From the NCBI RefSeq assembly GCF_006345805.1, contig NW_021835999.1:186001-250000 (forward strand): DNA of 64,000 bases, read 5' to 3'. Numbering within the stretch: position 1 is the stretch's first letter; the number at the start of each line of letters is the position of its first letter. The notes beneath the pieces were generated by a model that saw nothing but the letters and a program-made list of their open reading frames with translations, had not been told where the DNA came from and made no database searches. Positions 34,727-49,062 of this stretch are shown one piece after another. The position numbers and the translations under genes are program-made. This stretch comes from Octopus sinensis (taxonomy: Eukaryota).

Positions 34727-36239
34727 ATGGCATATTTGAGAGATTTATCAAACTGGAGGGAAAATTTTGTCAATTTTGTTCTATTTTTGAGGCCATAGTC
34801 ACAACTAAGAGATCACAACACCGAGAAATGTCGAAATTAAAAGGTGAGACTCCAATAAATCAAGGATTCAGAGATCATTGAGGAACTTGATAGAAAAAAT
34901 GAGGATTTAACCAGCAAGTACCTTGATTTGGCCGAGAAATCAAAAAATGTGCAAAAAAGTAGCCCGGAGACTGTTTATTGTGCATTTGGGGAGTCAGTTC
35001 AACTGGGAAGAGACTTTTTCAAATCTCCTACACCACACGTGGACGATGACTGGTTGGACGAACTCGAAATGGAGCGAAATGAGCTCAAGAACACAGTGGA
35101 AGGTCTAAGAATAAGGAATAAGGAACTTGAAAGTCGGGAAGAAGCCCATTTATCCAAGATTGACAATTTGATATTGGAGAATGACAGTCTAAGGAGGACA
35201 TTGGAAGAGAAAGAGCGAGCATTTAAAGAAATGAAGGACAGTCGTGACTCTCTAAAGGAGGAGACTGTCTCACTGAGGGAATGGGACGACTACAATCGAG
35301 ACAAACAGGGGATAATGAGTAGAGAGATAGACACTCTCAGAGATATGTTAAGAGTAGCCAATTCTGAGAATGCCCGTCTGCGCCACAGGCCATTGGAGTC
35401 AGCCCATGTGAGGAGTCCCCAGATTAGTCAGCTGAAGGGGTGTAGTCAGGGGGTGTCGAGGTGTCATGAGAGTTGTGAGAGACAAGTCAGAATAAGACTG
35501 CTCCCCCACACTAATATATTCCATTTGGTGTCCACTTGTGCTGATTTGTTGAGGAGTGTCCAATTGGCTGTGAATGGGCTGGAAATGGTTGTGTTGACTG
35601 AGGGAGTGTAGAAATTACAACTCGTGTTGTGCAGATTGGGGCATTTTCGAGTAGCAGGGGTGAGGAGGACTGTTTTGCCTGTGGTGGAGTCGGACAGGGG
35701 GAGTGAGATGGACTGTGTGTCGATTCAGGCGGGGGATGACTGCTATAATTTGTCATTGTTCTACAAATCAGTCTTTTCAAAGTGGAAGGAAAAATATTCT
35801 CGATTAAACAGCACATTATTGTCAGTGCAGTCGAATAATGGGGTTTTCTTTGTGTCTTGAATTAAGGAATTGAGGTCACAAATCGGGAGGCTACGAGGTG
35901 AGAATTCTGTGCTGCAGGTGAAGCTTGATCGGGCTGATCTTCTGTATAAATATTTAAAGAAGAAGGATGAAATGTTCACAGTTTGTTGTATTGGTAGGAG
36001 ATCCCCAGTTGTCACGGATGATTCATTTGCCCCTGAACTTGATGGGATGCGGTCACGAGTTCACAAATTGTGTTCGGAGAGACTGAGCTTGCAGTTGAAA
36101 CTTATTGAGTCTAGAAAACAGATTGACCAACTTCGAAGGGAGTTTAAAGATAGGGAGTCGGAAGTTGTTTTAGTTGTGGTAATTGTAGATGGGGTATCTC
36201 AGGCCCCAATGTGAGGAGAGTTTGACTCGTTTATTGTAA
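34727..36239 (+). CDS. Long coiled-coil protein of unknown function (start uncertain)
   Basis: Heptad-rich ORFs 34928-35611 and 35870-36214 can be linked by 23-28-nt GT-AG introns. Confidence 0.55.
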
Positions 36240-37089
36240 GGTGGGACTTTTTGCACAAATAACACATTTGTATGCACCTATGTAGGTGATTTGATTAAAA
36301 GTAAAAAGATTGAAAGAGCACTCTATTCATATTTTGATAAGTTTGGTTGGAATACAATATAACAAATATTGGTGTGGTTACACCTCAGTAGTGGAAATAC
36401 CAATTTAAATTAAGATTGCACTGATTGTCCATATATCAAAAAATGGACGTTAGGAAAGATCATGTATTCTGACAACTGCATTAAAAAATGTAAAAAACCA
36501 TCCTGCTTGAATATAAAGATGATGAAATTGTGCAATCAGCATTAGAGAGATTTCCATTAAATATTTTTTATGATTTTAATAAAGAATATAAACAAATTAT
36601 CTATTTCCGAGATCTTGCATATGCATTTCTGAACTTTGGAGGGGCGGAGAAAAAATTCATTGGAAAAAATTTAAATTTTTTTGATACTTGAAAATTTAGA
36701 AACCTTGCTTGTAGTTTCCCATTGTCCCCAAACTGTCTAGGAAAACATAGGCGGGGTTTGGAGGAGGAGGTCAGTAGAATTAAAATAAGACCATGAATTG
36801 ATGGTGGCAGTTTTGAGGGATAATCGGAATTTAAACGTTTTGTGAATATAAAAGAAGTAATAGTTTTGGAGGGTGATAATTGTGACGAGACGTCGGGTTT
36901 TGTCGATTTTGAAATGCGACTGGGCGTATAAATATATATTCGCTAATCTGGATAAGGTTTGTATGACTAATTATTTCTAGTCATTGCATTGTGTTTTCAT
37001 ATGCGTGTATAAAGAAATAGAAAATATACACTCCTTGACAAAAAATACAGCAGTATTATAACAAATACATTTCTCAAATTAAAAGGAAG

Positions 37090-37230
37090 CTGCTCGTGTC
37101 CACCCGATCTTTGAAGAAAAGTCTTCTATAAGATATCGACTTTGACTGCGAATGAAGTCTCGCAATGCATTAAAAATTCAAAAAACTCTCCCGCAACTGG
37201 CCCTGACAACATTTCAATCTATCATCTCAA
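37090..37230 (+). mobile_element. Non-LTR RT domain-0 remnant
   Basis: TANEVSQCIKNSKNSPATGPDNISIYHLK. Confidence 0.6.
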
Positions 37231-37259
37231 AAGATATTTGTAGATAATCTTATGATCTT

Positions 37260-38520
37260 ATGCAATTATCCAATATTGAAAAAAATCAATATTTTTTTTA
37301 ATAAGCAAGAAAAGAAAATAATTTTCACTTGTTAAATAGCTGTTAGTAAGAAACTAGCGTATCAATCTGCATACACCCATAGCTTCCGAACTGGTTATTT
37401 TCATGTATATGAAATCTTTATCATTCCCATCGTCTTCACAAAAAATATTTCTGGAGATTAAACATATTTCATCATCGGACATGATTCCGATACATTCGTC
37501 GTCCTCATTAACAACATCCATCGCTATTTCATTTTCAATATTACTAAATTCTTCCCCGACTTCTTCATGGAATATATCTTTGCCGACTTCCTGATGGAAT
37601 CCAGCCTTACGGAAACAGTTGTAAATTGTTGTTATTTTGACTTCTCTCCAAGCCATTTTGAGCATATGTAGTGCATCCAAAGAGTGATAGAATTCACAAC
37701 GGATTTGATACAGGCATCGTCTGAATCAATTATGGCAGTCACTCTGTAAAAATTCCAATCAGTAGTTGTGCTTTAGACTTTTTATTATCCCCATATCACA
37801 TGGCTGAATGCATGCGGATGTGTTTGGTGGGATAAAATACAATCCGACATTTGATAAATTTTCTCCAGCATCTTTTGGCTGCGCAGCACAATTGTCAAGG
37901 ACCATGGCAATATTTCTTTTTTGTACTTTCATTTTCTTGTTAACACATGATAACCAGTTTTTAACGATTCGTGATGTCATCCATGGATTCTATAATTCTA
38001 CTGAAATTGACGTGATACTTTATTGGCAACGTAGTTAACTGGAAATGTTTTGATACCTTTGAAGCATCTAGAATTCTTTCTTTTCCCAATGACCATAAAT
38101 GGGTGTTTGTCCAAACTCGTCATGTTGGAGGATACAATTACTGTGACTCTATCCTTTATTTCTTTACTTCTAATCGGTATTTTATTGTTAAATGAGAGTG
38201 TCCCGTCTGGTAAACCTCGGAATATGAGTTCTGTTTCATCACAATTATAAATGTTTTCCAGTGTATAATCTCTTTTAAAAGATCTTTTAATGTCCATTGG
38301 CACCAGAATTCCGCAGCATTTACATCGGAATCTTTTTTCGCCCCATAAATGCGTTTAAATGATATGTTTCTTCTTTCTTTCCAACGCTGAAGCCATCCTG
38401 AAGTGGGAATAGTCATCCATTTTCATAATTTTAGCAAAGTTAGTAGCTTTGTGGCTTAATATGTGATCATTAATTGGGACATTTTTGTATTTGCATGACT
38501 TTCCGACTAATGGCCCAAAT
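37260..38520 (-). mobile_element. pogo/Tigger (TIGD-like) transposase, frameshifted
   Basis: SGWLQRWKER, IYNCDETEL, KDRVTV, MVLDNCAAQP, PPNTSACIQPCDMGII, AWREV..TIYNCFRKAGF. Confidence 0.88.
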
Positions 38521-38569
38521 AACTTACATTGTCTTAGGCAGATGACATTGTTATTGTTTCTAAACACGC

Positions 38570-39480
38570 AAACTACATAGCAGATTCTTTGGCTCATTAA
38601 AAACAGGTTCGAGGCTTCGCCCTCAAAATCATCGGTCACCTTATTATCTTCCGATAGAAGAGGATCAAACCTAAACCCGAAGTTATCTCTCTTTGGTTCT
38701 GACTTTCAACAACCCCACTCCGTTATGCAACAACCCCACTATCCTCGAATTTACCTTCGATCCAACTATTTCATTCAACAAACATCTTCAACAAGGCAAA
38801 CAGGCTTACAAACATCCTGAAAGCAATAAGTGGTCACATGACTGATACCCCGAAGCCACTCTTCAAACGAGTTTACAAACAATACATACGACCCGTATTA
38901 AGTTATGCTGAGCTGAGCGCCCTGCCATCTACAAGCTTGATACTGACACTTCAATCAGTACAAAACAAGGTCATGCTCACTATATCTGGATGTCTGAAAT
39001 TAACCCCAATTGATCACCTTCACTGTGAAACAAACTTTTTGCCGATTGAAGAACATATAAATATAAGAGGACTATAATTCCTATTTGCATCGCAAAATCC
39101 CTATCATCCTTGTTCTGCTGTAAATGTGCTAAACAGAAATGGTCGTTCAATGTCGGCGAATCTATATTCCCGGACCCTTCTAAAATTGATAGTCTGTACA
39201 GATGTTCACATCCAATGAAAAGAATTCAAGGTCTAGTCTCAACGTCAGCAATTCTCAAGCTGACGCCTGACTCTGTCCTCAATAAGCTCCACCGGATGTT
39301 CATCCTTCAAAAATGCTTCTTGACCGTTCCGCTCAGATAAACCTTGCTCGTTTCCGTTCTGACCATCACCACTCACTAAACCACTATGCACACAAAATGA
39401 ACATTTCTATCTCCCTCTTTTGTAACATTTGCTGTACTGACGAACACTCAACTGCTCAACTGGTCTTCTTTCACTCAGCG
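38570..39480 (+). mobile_element. Non-LTR retrotransposon 3' region
   Basis: YKQYIRPVLSYA, LQSVQNK..ISGC..TPIDHLHCET and LARFRSDH..CNIC..EHST zinc-knuckle remnant. Confidence 0.8.
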
Positions 39481-39599
39481 AAAAATTTGATCCTATGGGA
39501 GCAACGTATAAGGCGCTGTTATTTCTGCTAGCTGCTGATCTCATTTTGGCTTGAATACTTATTGTCAGAACAGATATATTTCCTTCTTGTTGCTCTTTT

Positions 39600-40420
39600 T
39601 CGTGCTTGTCTGTTTCTGGCACAGCATCATCCTCTCAGGAATAACGACAAAATGGGGAACAGAATTGAAATTTGTGTTTTTGTTCCTTGAGTACTGCCTA
39701 TTTGTGGCTGTAAATTTGGTTTATTTTTGACATCTACAACCAAGTAGTACTCGTTGGTCATCTTGAGGCCTTCAATAGAAACAGCACTTGTTTAATCGTT
39801 TTCTAACATGTTTTAATATATCTTGACTGTTATGACACTTTTTTGTATTTGAGCAAATAGTCAACAGATCTTAGGAATCAAAACATACAAATTTTTTTCT
39901 CCTGATTATATGATTCTTAGAATATCCAGATGCATCCATAACTATTCAGAGATATTTCAGATTTTTCTTGGATTTTATTACTCCAGTGTCAATACAAAGA
40001 TCAGGTTTCCTTCTGTTCTTACCAATCCAGGCAACAGTACTTTTTAAAAAGATAAAGACAAGCTTTTATCTTTACACCGTCTTGCAATCTTTTTAATATG
40101 ACCAAAAGTTCTTTTCCATGATATTGATTTGCACTTGGAAAGATTCATAAGTAAAATATCATCTGCATAAATCTCCATGTCAGGATGATCCACTTTAGGA
40201 ATATCGCACATCACACAATTATATAGAAGTGAACTGATGACAGTGAAACTCCTCTCATAAACGAAATTTTCTTCAAAATTGGTTTCCGACCCGTATGTGC
40301 GATTCTCTTCCCGATAGGAAACTAAATCCAAACTAGGACCGTCTTTCCAATATTGAAATCGTGTAAAGTTTGTAATAACCCAGCATGTCAGACGCTATCA
40401 AATGCTTTTAATATGTTCTT
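39600..40420 (-). mobile_element. Decayed non-LTR reverse transcriptase
   Basis: KAFDSV.H and IYADDILL motifs. Confidence 0.7.
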
Positions 40421-41149
40421 TTGGATCATGCGAACAATTGTCCTCTTCCATGTTTCAGGGACCCAGATATCACATATTGAAGGGGTCTAGCTTTTTGAAC
40501 CCATTTTTAACTTAAGTTATTTAGACCGTCAAATTTGCAATTATTTTCAAAAATTTTTCTCTTACTGTTCCCAATGTAATCGTATATGTCCTCATTTATT
40601 AGTTTTTCGGGATATCCAATACAATGCTGGTTCCAATACCATATTTATGGCTTAGGTCTTTTTGTGTTAACTTGGATTCGAATACAGTCATACTTGTCTA
40701 AACCGGACCCCGACAGAATTATAAAAATCGTCCGATTTACAAAGAGGTCCGGTTTATCGAGGTTTTGAGATTGATGAAAATCATCTTATAAAAAGAACTT
40801 AGGTAAGATTCTTTTATTTAAATAAATCTGTCAGAGAAGATTGTTTACAGTTTGATTTTTTGCTAAATAACATTTGTTGGGAACGCACTGGTCCTCCCAT
40901 GGTGGCAACATATCACCTCTCAATCTATCATAATGCCTGTCACAGTGACTGTCAAAATTAATTGCATTTGTTTATAATCGATAACTGTTTCAACAATAAA
41001 AAAGTTATTAAAATTAAGCGTTTATGTTTTTTTAATTGATTCATGTTAATTATTTTAGATTTCTCAGAATGTGTCTTAATCTGATACGTATAATATAAAA
41101 TAAACCACTAGTCAATTGTATGACAAAATTTGAATAATTTCGGCTAGTT

Positions 41150-42086
41150 CGCCATATGGGAATTTAAATCTGTTTAGCTACGGTGAAGTTGAAAAACTTT
41201 TATACTCATGAATGACTGTATTTAGGCCAGAAACTCTTCTCAGTTTTTTAAATGATGTTCGTTTATTAAAGAATGAATAATTGTGTTATGTATGAAAGTG
41301 CTTCGTTTAATAAATTGGATCCAGTTTTTAGTTGATTCTTCACTCATAAGCTTTGAAAGATTTCGTGTCAAAGATTTATTAAACCTTTCCACAGTACCGT
41401 AAAAAAGATAAATATTGTATCATTACTTGTGATTGAGGGATTTTGTTTTTAAGGCAGAAAGAATGAGATAAATATTCTTAAATTCCCTTCCATTATCTGT
41501 TTGTAGAATCTCTAAAAAGTCGAGTTCAAAACATCTTTAAATGCTTCACAAATATCTAAATTGTAATATAAGATTTACAAATACATATTGCAGATTTATT
41601 TTTAACTCCTTTACAGATGGCATACTTACTGTAAACATTGATGACGGTAAATATCCATTTTTTACAATCATTTGAGTCCTTAAATTTTTTAACGCCTATA
41701 AAGCCTGTTTAGGATCGTTCATTTGGTCTTTTGGCAATCACATGGAATTTAGAATCGGAAACCTGCGATTAGTTTTATTTTATACTTTACGTAAAATAGA
41801 AAACTTGCAAATTGAGTATTCTTTGACAACTCTTTCTATAATTTTTCGTTTTATTGTAAAATAAGAGTGTAAAAATTCATGTTGTAGTTTACAAATTATT
41901 TCAATGAATAGAATCTGCAATAGTTTTCATTTCACTCTCATTATCCATTCTGAAGTATAAGCTGTAAACAATAACAATAATTTTGGTAGATTTTTTAGTT
42001 AATTTATATTTTATCTGCTTTGAAAATGTCTGTACAGGCTCGCCATTTAAGATACTCACTATAGTTTGATCTGCGATATTTTTCAC
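41150..42086 (-). mobile_element. Decayed Ginger/KRBA2-like integrase-type transposase
   Basis: IAKRPNER..NDCKKWIFTVINVYSKYA..KNKSA, ILQTDNGREFKN, GTVERFNKSL across stops and frameshifts. No RT adjacent. Confidence 0.7.
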
Positions 42087-43215
42087 AAAACCTATTATTA
42101 AAACATTTTAGAGAGGACATGTTTAAAATTCAGAAATAACGCTAAAAATATTAAAAATGTCCCACGCGAGTAACGCATGATAAAAACCACATTAATCATG
42201 ACATCTGAACTTGTAAAAATGATCTGTTGACAAGTGACATGTAGCCAACATGGGACGCGACATAAAAAGTCATCCATGTTCGTGTAGGAAATGTATCATC
42301 CACTATAATGTGACTGTCCTTGTAAACCAAAATATTACCTCCGAATGGATATTATTTATTGACGTACTATGCTGTTTATATCTAACATGAAATTATAAAA
42401 AATGCATGAAAACCTGATTTTACCCAATTAGCTGTTTTTTATTCTCGAAAGCTTTAATATTGCTAATAATCAATCGTAAGTCCGATTTGGATAAAGTGAT
42501 GTAATAAAGGACGTAAATATTATTTTTCCCTATTTCTGGACGAACTAATCCAAGTTCAGATTGAGCAATTCATTTATTTAATAAATATAAAATCCAATGT
42601 ATAAACTGGATTCTAAAAAAAGAGAAATTTCAACAGTTGCATCATTTTGTGGAATTCCAATCCCAAGCTGATCAAAAGGGCCTTTTTCTCAGCCGGGTTT
42701 TGCTGATTCTGAAAATGTCACATTTTTTTCTCTGCTCTCGACTATGTTCCTTCTTAGTGTGAAGTCCCGTTTATGTAGTCTTTGTAAACTAATATCAAAC
42801 TAAAACGAAGAAACTTTGCTAAGCTATAAGAGTTGTTGAAAAGGTTCATTTTTATTGCTAGTCTACTGATTAATACCTCCCGTTTTCCACATTCGAAGTC
42901 AGTAGCCCAACAAGGATATTTTATAAATGAAATTCGCTTTTCGCCGGAATCCAAAATGATCCTTTTTTTGTTCCATTATTTGAATAAATAATGACCAAAT
43001 CTACCCTGTAAGCTCACAAGAAAAGCCACCGAGCTTAAAATCGCAGGATAGAACGGTAAACCAATTATCTTTATCTCCCCTATCCTTTCGGCCACTTACC
43101 TGGCTATCATCTAACTTTGTTTTTTGGACTCTCACTTGTAATAACTTGTTTATTTTCCCAAGAATATGTTAATTAAACGTCGGTAAAAATTGTAGAACAA
43201 TACTTCACAAATAAT

Positions 43216-44840
43216 TTATTTTCCCACACAAAAATTTTTAAATATAAAATCCAGAACTTGTTCATCGACACCTCCATTGACCGCATGCCCACTGGAAACA
43301 GCCATTGCATTGGCCGCCAATCTCAAATCTTCTGCTGCCAAAACAATCGAAGTCTCCTTCAAAAAATCACCCAAATGTTCCTGCGCTTTCCTCACATACG
43401 ACTCATGCCACGTGTCTCGACCAATCACTTTGTCCTCACACCTGAAAAAATAAAACACGTGAAATACAAGGCCATCAATCTGGCCGACAGTCCTGTCAGC
43501 AGGGCAGTGACTCCCCTTCCTTCGTGACACGAAATGGGATAACTGGGGAAGGAAGGAGGATCAAATTCCTCAACCAAATCTGTTTTTGTGACAACAAAAA
43601 TGATTTTTGAAATGTCAAAGAATTCACTTTGAGGGACATTTCCCAACACTAACAGTCTCCGAGGATCCTCAATACATCCTCGGGCACTCAAATATTCATT
43701 CACATCAACCAGTCCAATCACGAGGTCCGAATCCCTCCACCTCCAACATTAACCACACAATCACATCTCCAATGATCTCCGAACTGCCTCCCCGTCTATT
43801 TCCGATGACCCACTTTCAAAAATCCCCGCCGTGTCTGTCAAAGTGACCGAAAAACCGGCAAGATCAAAGGCCACTTCAACACAATCTCTGGTCGTACCAC
43901 AAAGAGCAGAAACAATTGACTTTGGATGCCCACCTCACGATAACACTCCCCCCTTACATAAATAATTCAAAAGTGTGCTTTTCCCTGCGTTTGGCCTTCC
44001 AATAATCGAAATCCGCGGACGACTGTGAGTAATGGCCTTACCCAACGACTGCTCTCGAATGTGGGCTAAAATCCTCCCAAGAAGACTCGACGCCCCCTCC
44101 GTGGCTAAAAGTCCCCAATAACAATAACCCCGTGATAATGTCTCCCACGGAATATCCTCCGTGTCGGAAAAGTCAATACAAGCCTCCACTTGGGAAAGGA
44201 TCTGAGGAAGGTTATCACATCCTCCACTTTTATGATATCCAAGTACCACTCCCGGTATGTTTTGGAGACCGGATTTGTCATTTTATCAGCAGCCAACCGT
44301 CCCTGCTGGTCAGTCTCTGAGTTAATCAGTTCGAGGACCGACTCTAATTCAAAAGAGGTCATTTTTTGGTTAAGATAGGCTCTTAGGGTGACTATGTGGG
44401 ATTACCGACGGGCGAATTCTCCAGGCTGGGCTTTATGGCAGAGGGGAATCACATCGAGGGCCTCAAAAAGGGATTTCCGAACAGCCAGTCCTCCGTGGAT
44501 GTGGAACTCTGCGTAGTCCTCTCCTGTATAGCTGTGTGGAGCTGAGTTTGAGGGATAGTGGGCCACCTTTGAAGTACAGGACAAGTCCTTTGTCGATTAT
44601 TTGGTTGGTTTTTGGGTGTTTTATGTGGCGAATGTAAACTTGTCGGTGTTTTGGGGGATTTTTAGAAAAGCCAGCAATGGATTGGAGGACTGTGAGGCAT
44701 TGAGGTCCGCTTATTCTTATCACGGAGACAGCACATTTGCCTTCTCCACTTGCCAGGGCATAGATTGTGCTGTGAAGGTAGGCCACTGGGGGTGATAGGG
44801 CAATGGATCTGCCAATTTTCAACAAACACGAAATAAGCAT
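43216..44840 (-). CDS. GTPBP3: Mitochondrial tRNA modification GTPase (MnmE/MSS1)
   Basis: [42 protein letters not shown]|[36 protein letters not shown]. Introns 24-26 nt. Confidence 0.95.
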
Positions 44841-45080
44841 CCTTTTTCAGGGGTTTTATACTAAATTAAATTTTTTAATAATTAACTAAAGCTTAATTTC
44901 TACTAAAAAATAATCGGAGAGTTAAAAATATTTTTAATTATCCTGAGCTTCCACCTGAGCAACCACCAATAAAATATTCTTTTTTAATTATTTGTAAATT
45001 GTTTCAAATTTCTGTATAATTAATTAAATTTTGATGCCTACAAATTTAACGAATTTTTTAAATAAAACGATAATCATTTA

Positions 45081-46930
45081 ATGGAAAATTTGGCTTATCA
45101 AAACCAGAATTCCACAGAAGATAAATGTGATGGCATAAAACGAATTTCCGTGCCACCAGAAGAGGTCATTCCTTCAAAAAATAGCATAGGGAATCACGGC
45201 ACGGAAGTTCCTGGCCTTTCTGGGACCCGGGTTTATGGTGACCATTGCCTACCTCGACCCCGGAAACATCGAGTCCGACCTGCGGACAGGATCAGTGGCC
45301 GGCTACAAAGTGACTAATCGAATTATTCCAGTTGTTGTGGCTGTTGTTTGTCTCCACTCTCCTCGGGGCGCTGCTTCAGAGATTGGCTCTTCGAGTCGGG
45401 GTCGTCACAGGCAAAAACCTGGCACAGAACTGTCGATTGTACCTCCCGAGGATCCCCAACATTCTCACGTGGATTATGGTCGAAATCGCCATCGTGGGTT
45501 CTGACATGCAGGAAGTAATCGGGACGTCTATTTCCCTCTACATTCTCTCCCATCAAAAGTACTGTTTGTCCTCACTCAGAATTCCTCTCTACGGTGGAGT
45601 ACTCATCACAGTGATGGACACGTGCATATTTCTACTCATCGACCGGTATGGGTTTAGGAAACTGGAGTTGCTCTTTGCTTTGGGAGTCCTTCTTATGGCC
45701 ATCATGTTTGGATATTTGGTAGTTTCTTGATTTATTTCAGTATGTTGTTTCCACGCCGAGTCATGCTGATATTCTCAAAGGAATGTTTACACCGACATGT
45801 GCCAACTGCAGTCATGAGGCACTCGTGCAGGCAGTGGGGACTATTGGGGCAGTCATTATGCCGCATAACATTTATCTCCATTCTGCACTCACTCAGGTCT
45901 GACTTGTCATTATTTCAGACACGCAAAATCGACAGAACCAGAACTTGTAAAATAAAAGAAGCCAATTTATTGTTTTTTATTGAAAGCACTGTTCTTCTAC
46001 TTGTTTCGTTTGTGATCAATTTGTTTGTGGTCGCCACATTTGCTTCTGCCTTTTATTCAGGGAAGCACAACTCTTATCAATTGGTTGTTTTTTCCACTGA
46101 TTTTCAAGTATCAGAAATGTCTAAAAAATAACATTTCCGACGGAGAAGTGTTTCGAAACAGCACAGGCGACCTGAACATATACACAGGGGTTTGTGTGTC
46201 TAATTTCAGTGCCAGTCGATCTTTCTGGCCTGTAACTATGGAGTGGTGACGACCTACATTTGGGCAGTGGGGATCCTGGCTGCTGGACAGACCTCGACGA
46301 TGACTGGCACATACACGGGACAGTTTGTCATGCAGGTTATTCCCTGTTTACATTACTAAGGGATTCCTAAACATCAAATGGAAGCCTTGGAAAAGACTTT
46401 TGGTCACTAGAATGATTGCTATTGGCCCCACGATTGTTATTTCCGTGTTTCAGGGGTTGGACAGACTCACGGTGTTGAACGACTTCCTCAACGTGCTTAT
46501 GAGTATTCAACTCCCCTTCGCATTGCTTCCCGCCATTGCCTTGACGAGTTCCACTAAAATAATGGGGACTCAATTTGTGAACAGCAGGTTTGATTTGAGG
46601 TTATTTTTAGAATTTCTAAAATATTTTATGTTTTTCTATCCTTGGTGATTGTTGGAATAAACGTGCACTTGATGGTGGAAATTATTCAACAATATACTCT
46701 CGGAAATGGAGCTTTTCAGGCAGGAATCATCATCGTTATGCTTATCTACTTTATTTTTATAATCTACATGGTTATTCCACAAATGTATATTGCAGACAAT
46801 CAGTTTTCTGGCAATTTCCCAAACCATTCAGTTCGGGAAGTATACACACTATTTGGCTAGAGATCCCCTCGATGAATTGGTCTCTATAAAAGCACAGAGT
46901 ACTCTGGTGGGGCTGAAGAGTCAGTTCTAA
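45081..46930 (+). CDS. SLC11A2: NRAMP/DMT1-family divalent metal transporter
   Basis: [57 protein letters not shown]|[10 protein letters not shown]. Eleven introns of 25, 22, 21, 22, 22, 25, 26, 25, 23, 25 and 21 nt give an uninterrupted frame. Confidence 0.95.
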
Positions 46931-47136
46931 CTCCCAATTATTAACAAGTGACTGCTTAATTTTATAAAAAAAAAAACTAATTTTTTATTTTATTCACTAA
47001 CTATCTATAAAACGGACAATTGTGGCTTTCGACAAACGGCACAACCAAATAAAATTTATTACTAAAATAGTACAACCAATTAAAAAATATCCATTAAATC
47101 TTAAAAATTAATAATAAAAAAATTTTAAATAGTAAA

Positions 47137-48457
47137 TCACTCAGTGGGACATGCCTCATCATATGCCACCAACAAGCTCTTTAAATGAGTCAAATTCTCA
47201 TGCAGCCTGTCAAGCTCAGAGGACTGTGCGTAGAAACTCTCGTTAATTTCCCGCTCAAAACTCTCACTCGTCTCCAAGTACAGTTTCTGGGGTGAGTAAA
47301 CAAGCATACCTCTGCCTCGGGGGATGAACTGTCCAGGGCAAAATATTCCTGAGTCAATTCAACATATTTTTGTTTACATTTGTTTATTTTTGTGTATAAA
47401 TTTACATATTTTTCGTAATTCTGCTCAAAAAACGTGACTGCCCGAGAAAACTGTTTGCTGTCTTCAAGTTTGGTCATTTTTCTGGGGTTGTGCTCACCAA
47501 ATCTCACCGATAATCACGGAAAATGTCCTCAACTGACACGGACTGAGCCTTCTTGGGGACTGCTGGCTTGGACTCGACAGAATTCTGACTTTTGAGCTTT
47601 GATTTGAGTTTATATACAGTCCCCTTGTTGGAGTTTATTTCGATGGCAATCTCGGCCAATACTTTTCCCAAGGCCTGGTGATTTTGCCGAGGGTCGAATT
47701 TGATTTTCACTATCAGTGAGACCCCACTAGGCATACTGGCCAAATTCCGTTCCAGGCTTTTTCTGGTGAGGGCAAAGGAGGACAGACACTCGGAGACCGC
47801 CGTCCTATCAGTCAGGCAGGGGGATTACTTCAAATTCACGGAAACTTCACTTTTGGGCTGCGGAAGGGACTCAAAGATTAGTTTGGGACTGGCTGATGGC
47901 TTTTTAACCAATCCGATTGGTCTTTTGGCGGGAGTTGGTTTATGTTTTGAAGTGGCGCCATTAAATGATATATTTTTCGCGCTCTTTGAATTGGCGGGCC
48001 TTTTTATTTCTTTTACACTTTTAATTAATTTTTTGGTGGTAAACCATGTTTGTTTGACTTCGTCCTGAACCTGTTCTATCCGTTTCCGTGTATTGGCAAT
48101 CGAGTCAGCCTTCGCCTCAATTGTAAATTTGCGGGAAATTTTCCCAACAAGATCAAAGGGTGCCGACAAATTATTGACCTTGGAAAGACACGTGGTTAAA
48201 TCATGTGATTCCACTTTGTCGATTGAGAATAAAAATGAATCTTTTTGGTCTTGTTTTGTGGGGATTTTGATAGTCTAGGATGTCAAATCTGGTTGTACTC
48301 CTTTCCCGTCCTTGATTATGACTTCTGGGATGACTTTGTTGCTCTGAGCTATGAATTCTTGGATGGTCTTGTTGAGGGAGTCTGTCAGTTTGCAGTGGGC
48401 GATCAGTCCGTGGAAGTTTGACTTGCTTTCTATGTTGTTGACAGTTTTTGTCGACAT
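47137..48457 (-). CDS. ELL: RNA polymerase II elongation factor ELL-like
   Basis: N-terminal HCKLTDSL and VGKISRKFTIEAKADS..TRKR..EVK, plus a C-terminal occludin/ELL-like FEQNYEKYVNLY..HLKSLLVAYD. Confidence 0.7.
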
Positions 48458-49062
48458 GAAATTGAAATCACTAGAAATTCAAAACTTGATATTTATATAT
48501 TTGAAAAATATAATTCATTTATAAATCTTGAGACTTAATTTTATAATATATCCAAGAATTAAAAAGTCCTATAAAAAACACGTTAAGAGAATTGATGCAA
48601 AAGTCGGACCAAACTGAGTCACCACCTCCCAGATTGGCCTGGTCTTGAATGTAATTACTTTAAACTAAAAATTATGGAAATACTATTTTTATATTTATTC
48701 GACTTATATTTAAATATGGAATAGATGTAAAAAATAATTATGTCAGTCGTTATTTATTACTTGACAAATTTTTCCTTATTCGGAACGTGTATTTTCCTTA
48801 TCATGAATTCCATTGTACCGCAGTCTACAATGATGTTTTAGTCATGTTCCGTCAAGTCAGGGAGAATTAATGCAAGTTGTGGAAACTTGTTAAACACTTT
48901 GGTCATGTCTTACACGTTTCTTCTAATCTACAAAATGTTCATTTCTCCCCTCTTGGACCCTCCTCCTGTCGATTTTGACGAAAAATAATTTTTAAGTATA
49001 ATTAACTAAATTCGCATTTTGTGAATATAAATGAACTTTTATTACGAAATCTAAAATATGTA

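Noticed and set aside
43093-43105. acttacctggc resembling the U1 snRNA 5' end
   Set aside because: Downstream sequence does not continue as U1; it is more simply a CAG/GTAAGT donor on the minus strand.
42120-43170. Possible decayed M1 aminopeptidase-like gene (ATDFE, YPFGG..LVYKDS)
   Set aside because: No HEXXH or GAMEN motif and many stops; similarity is too weak to support.
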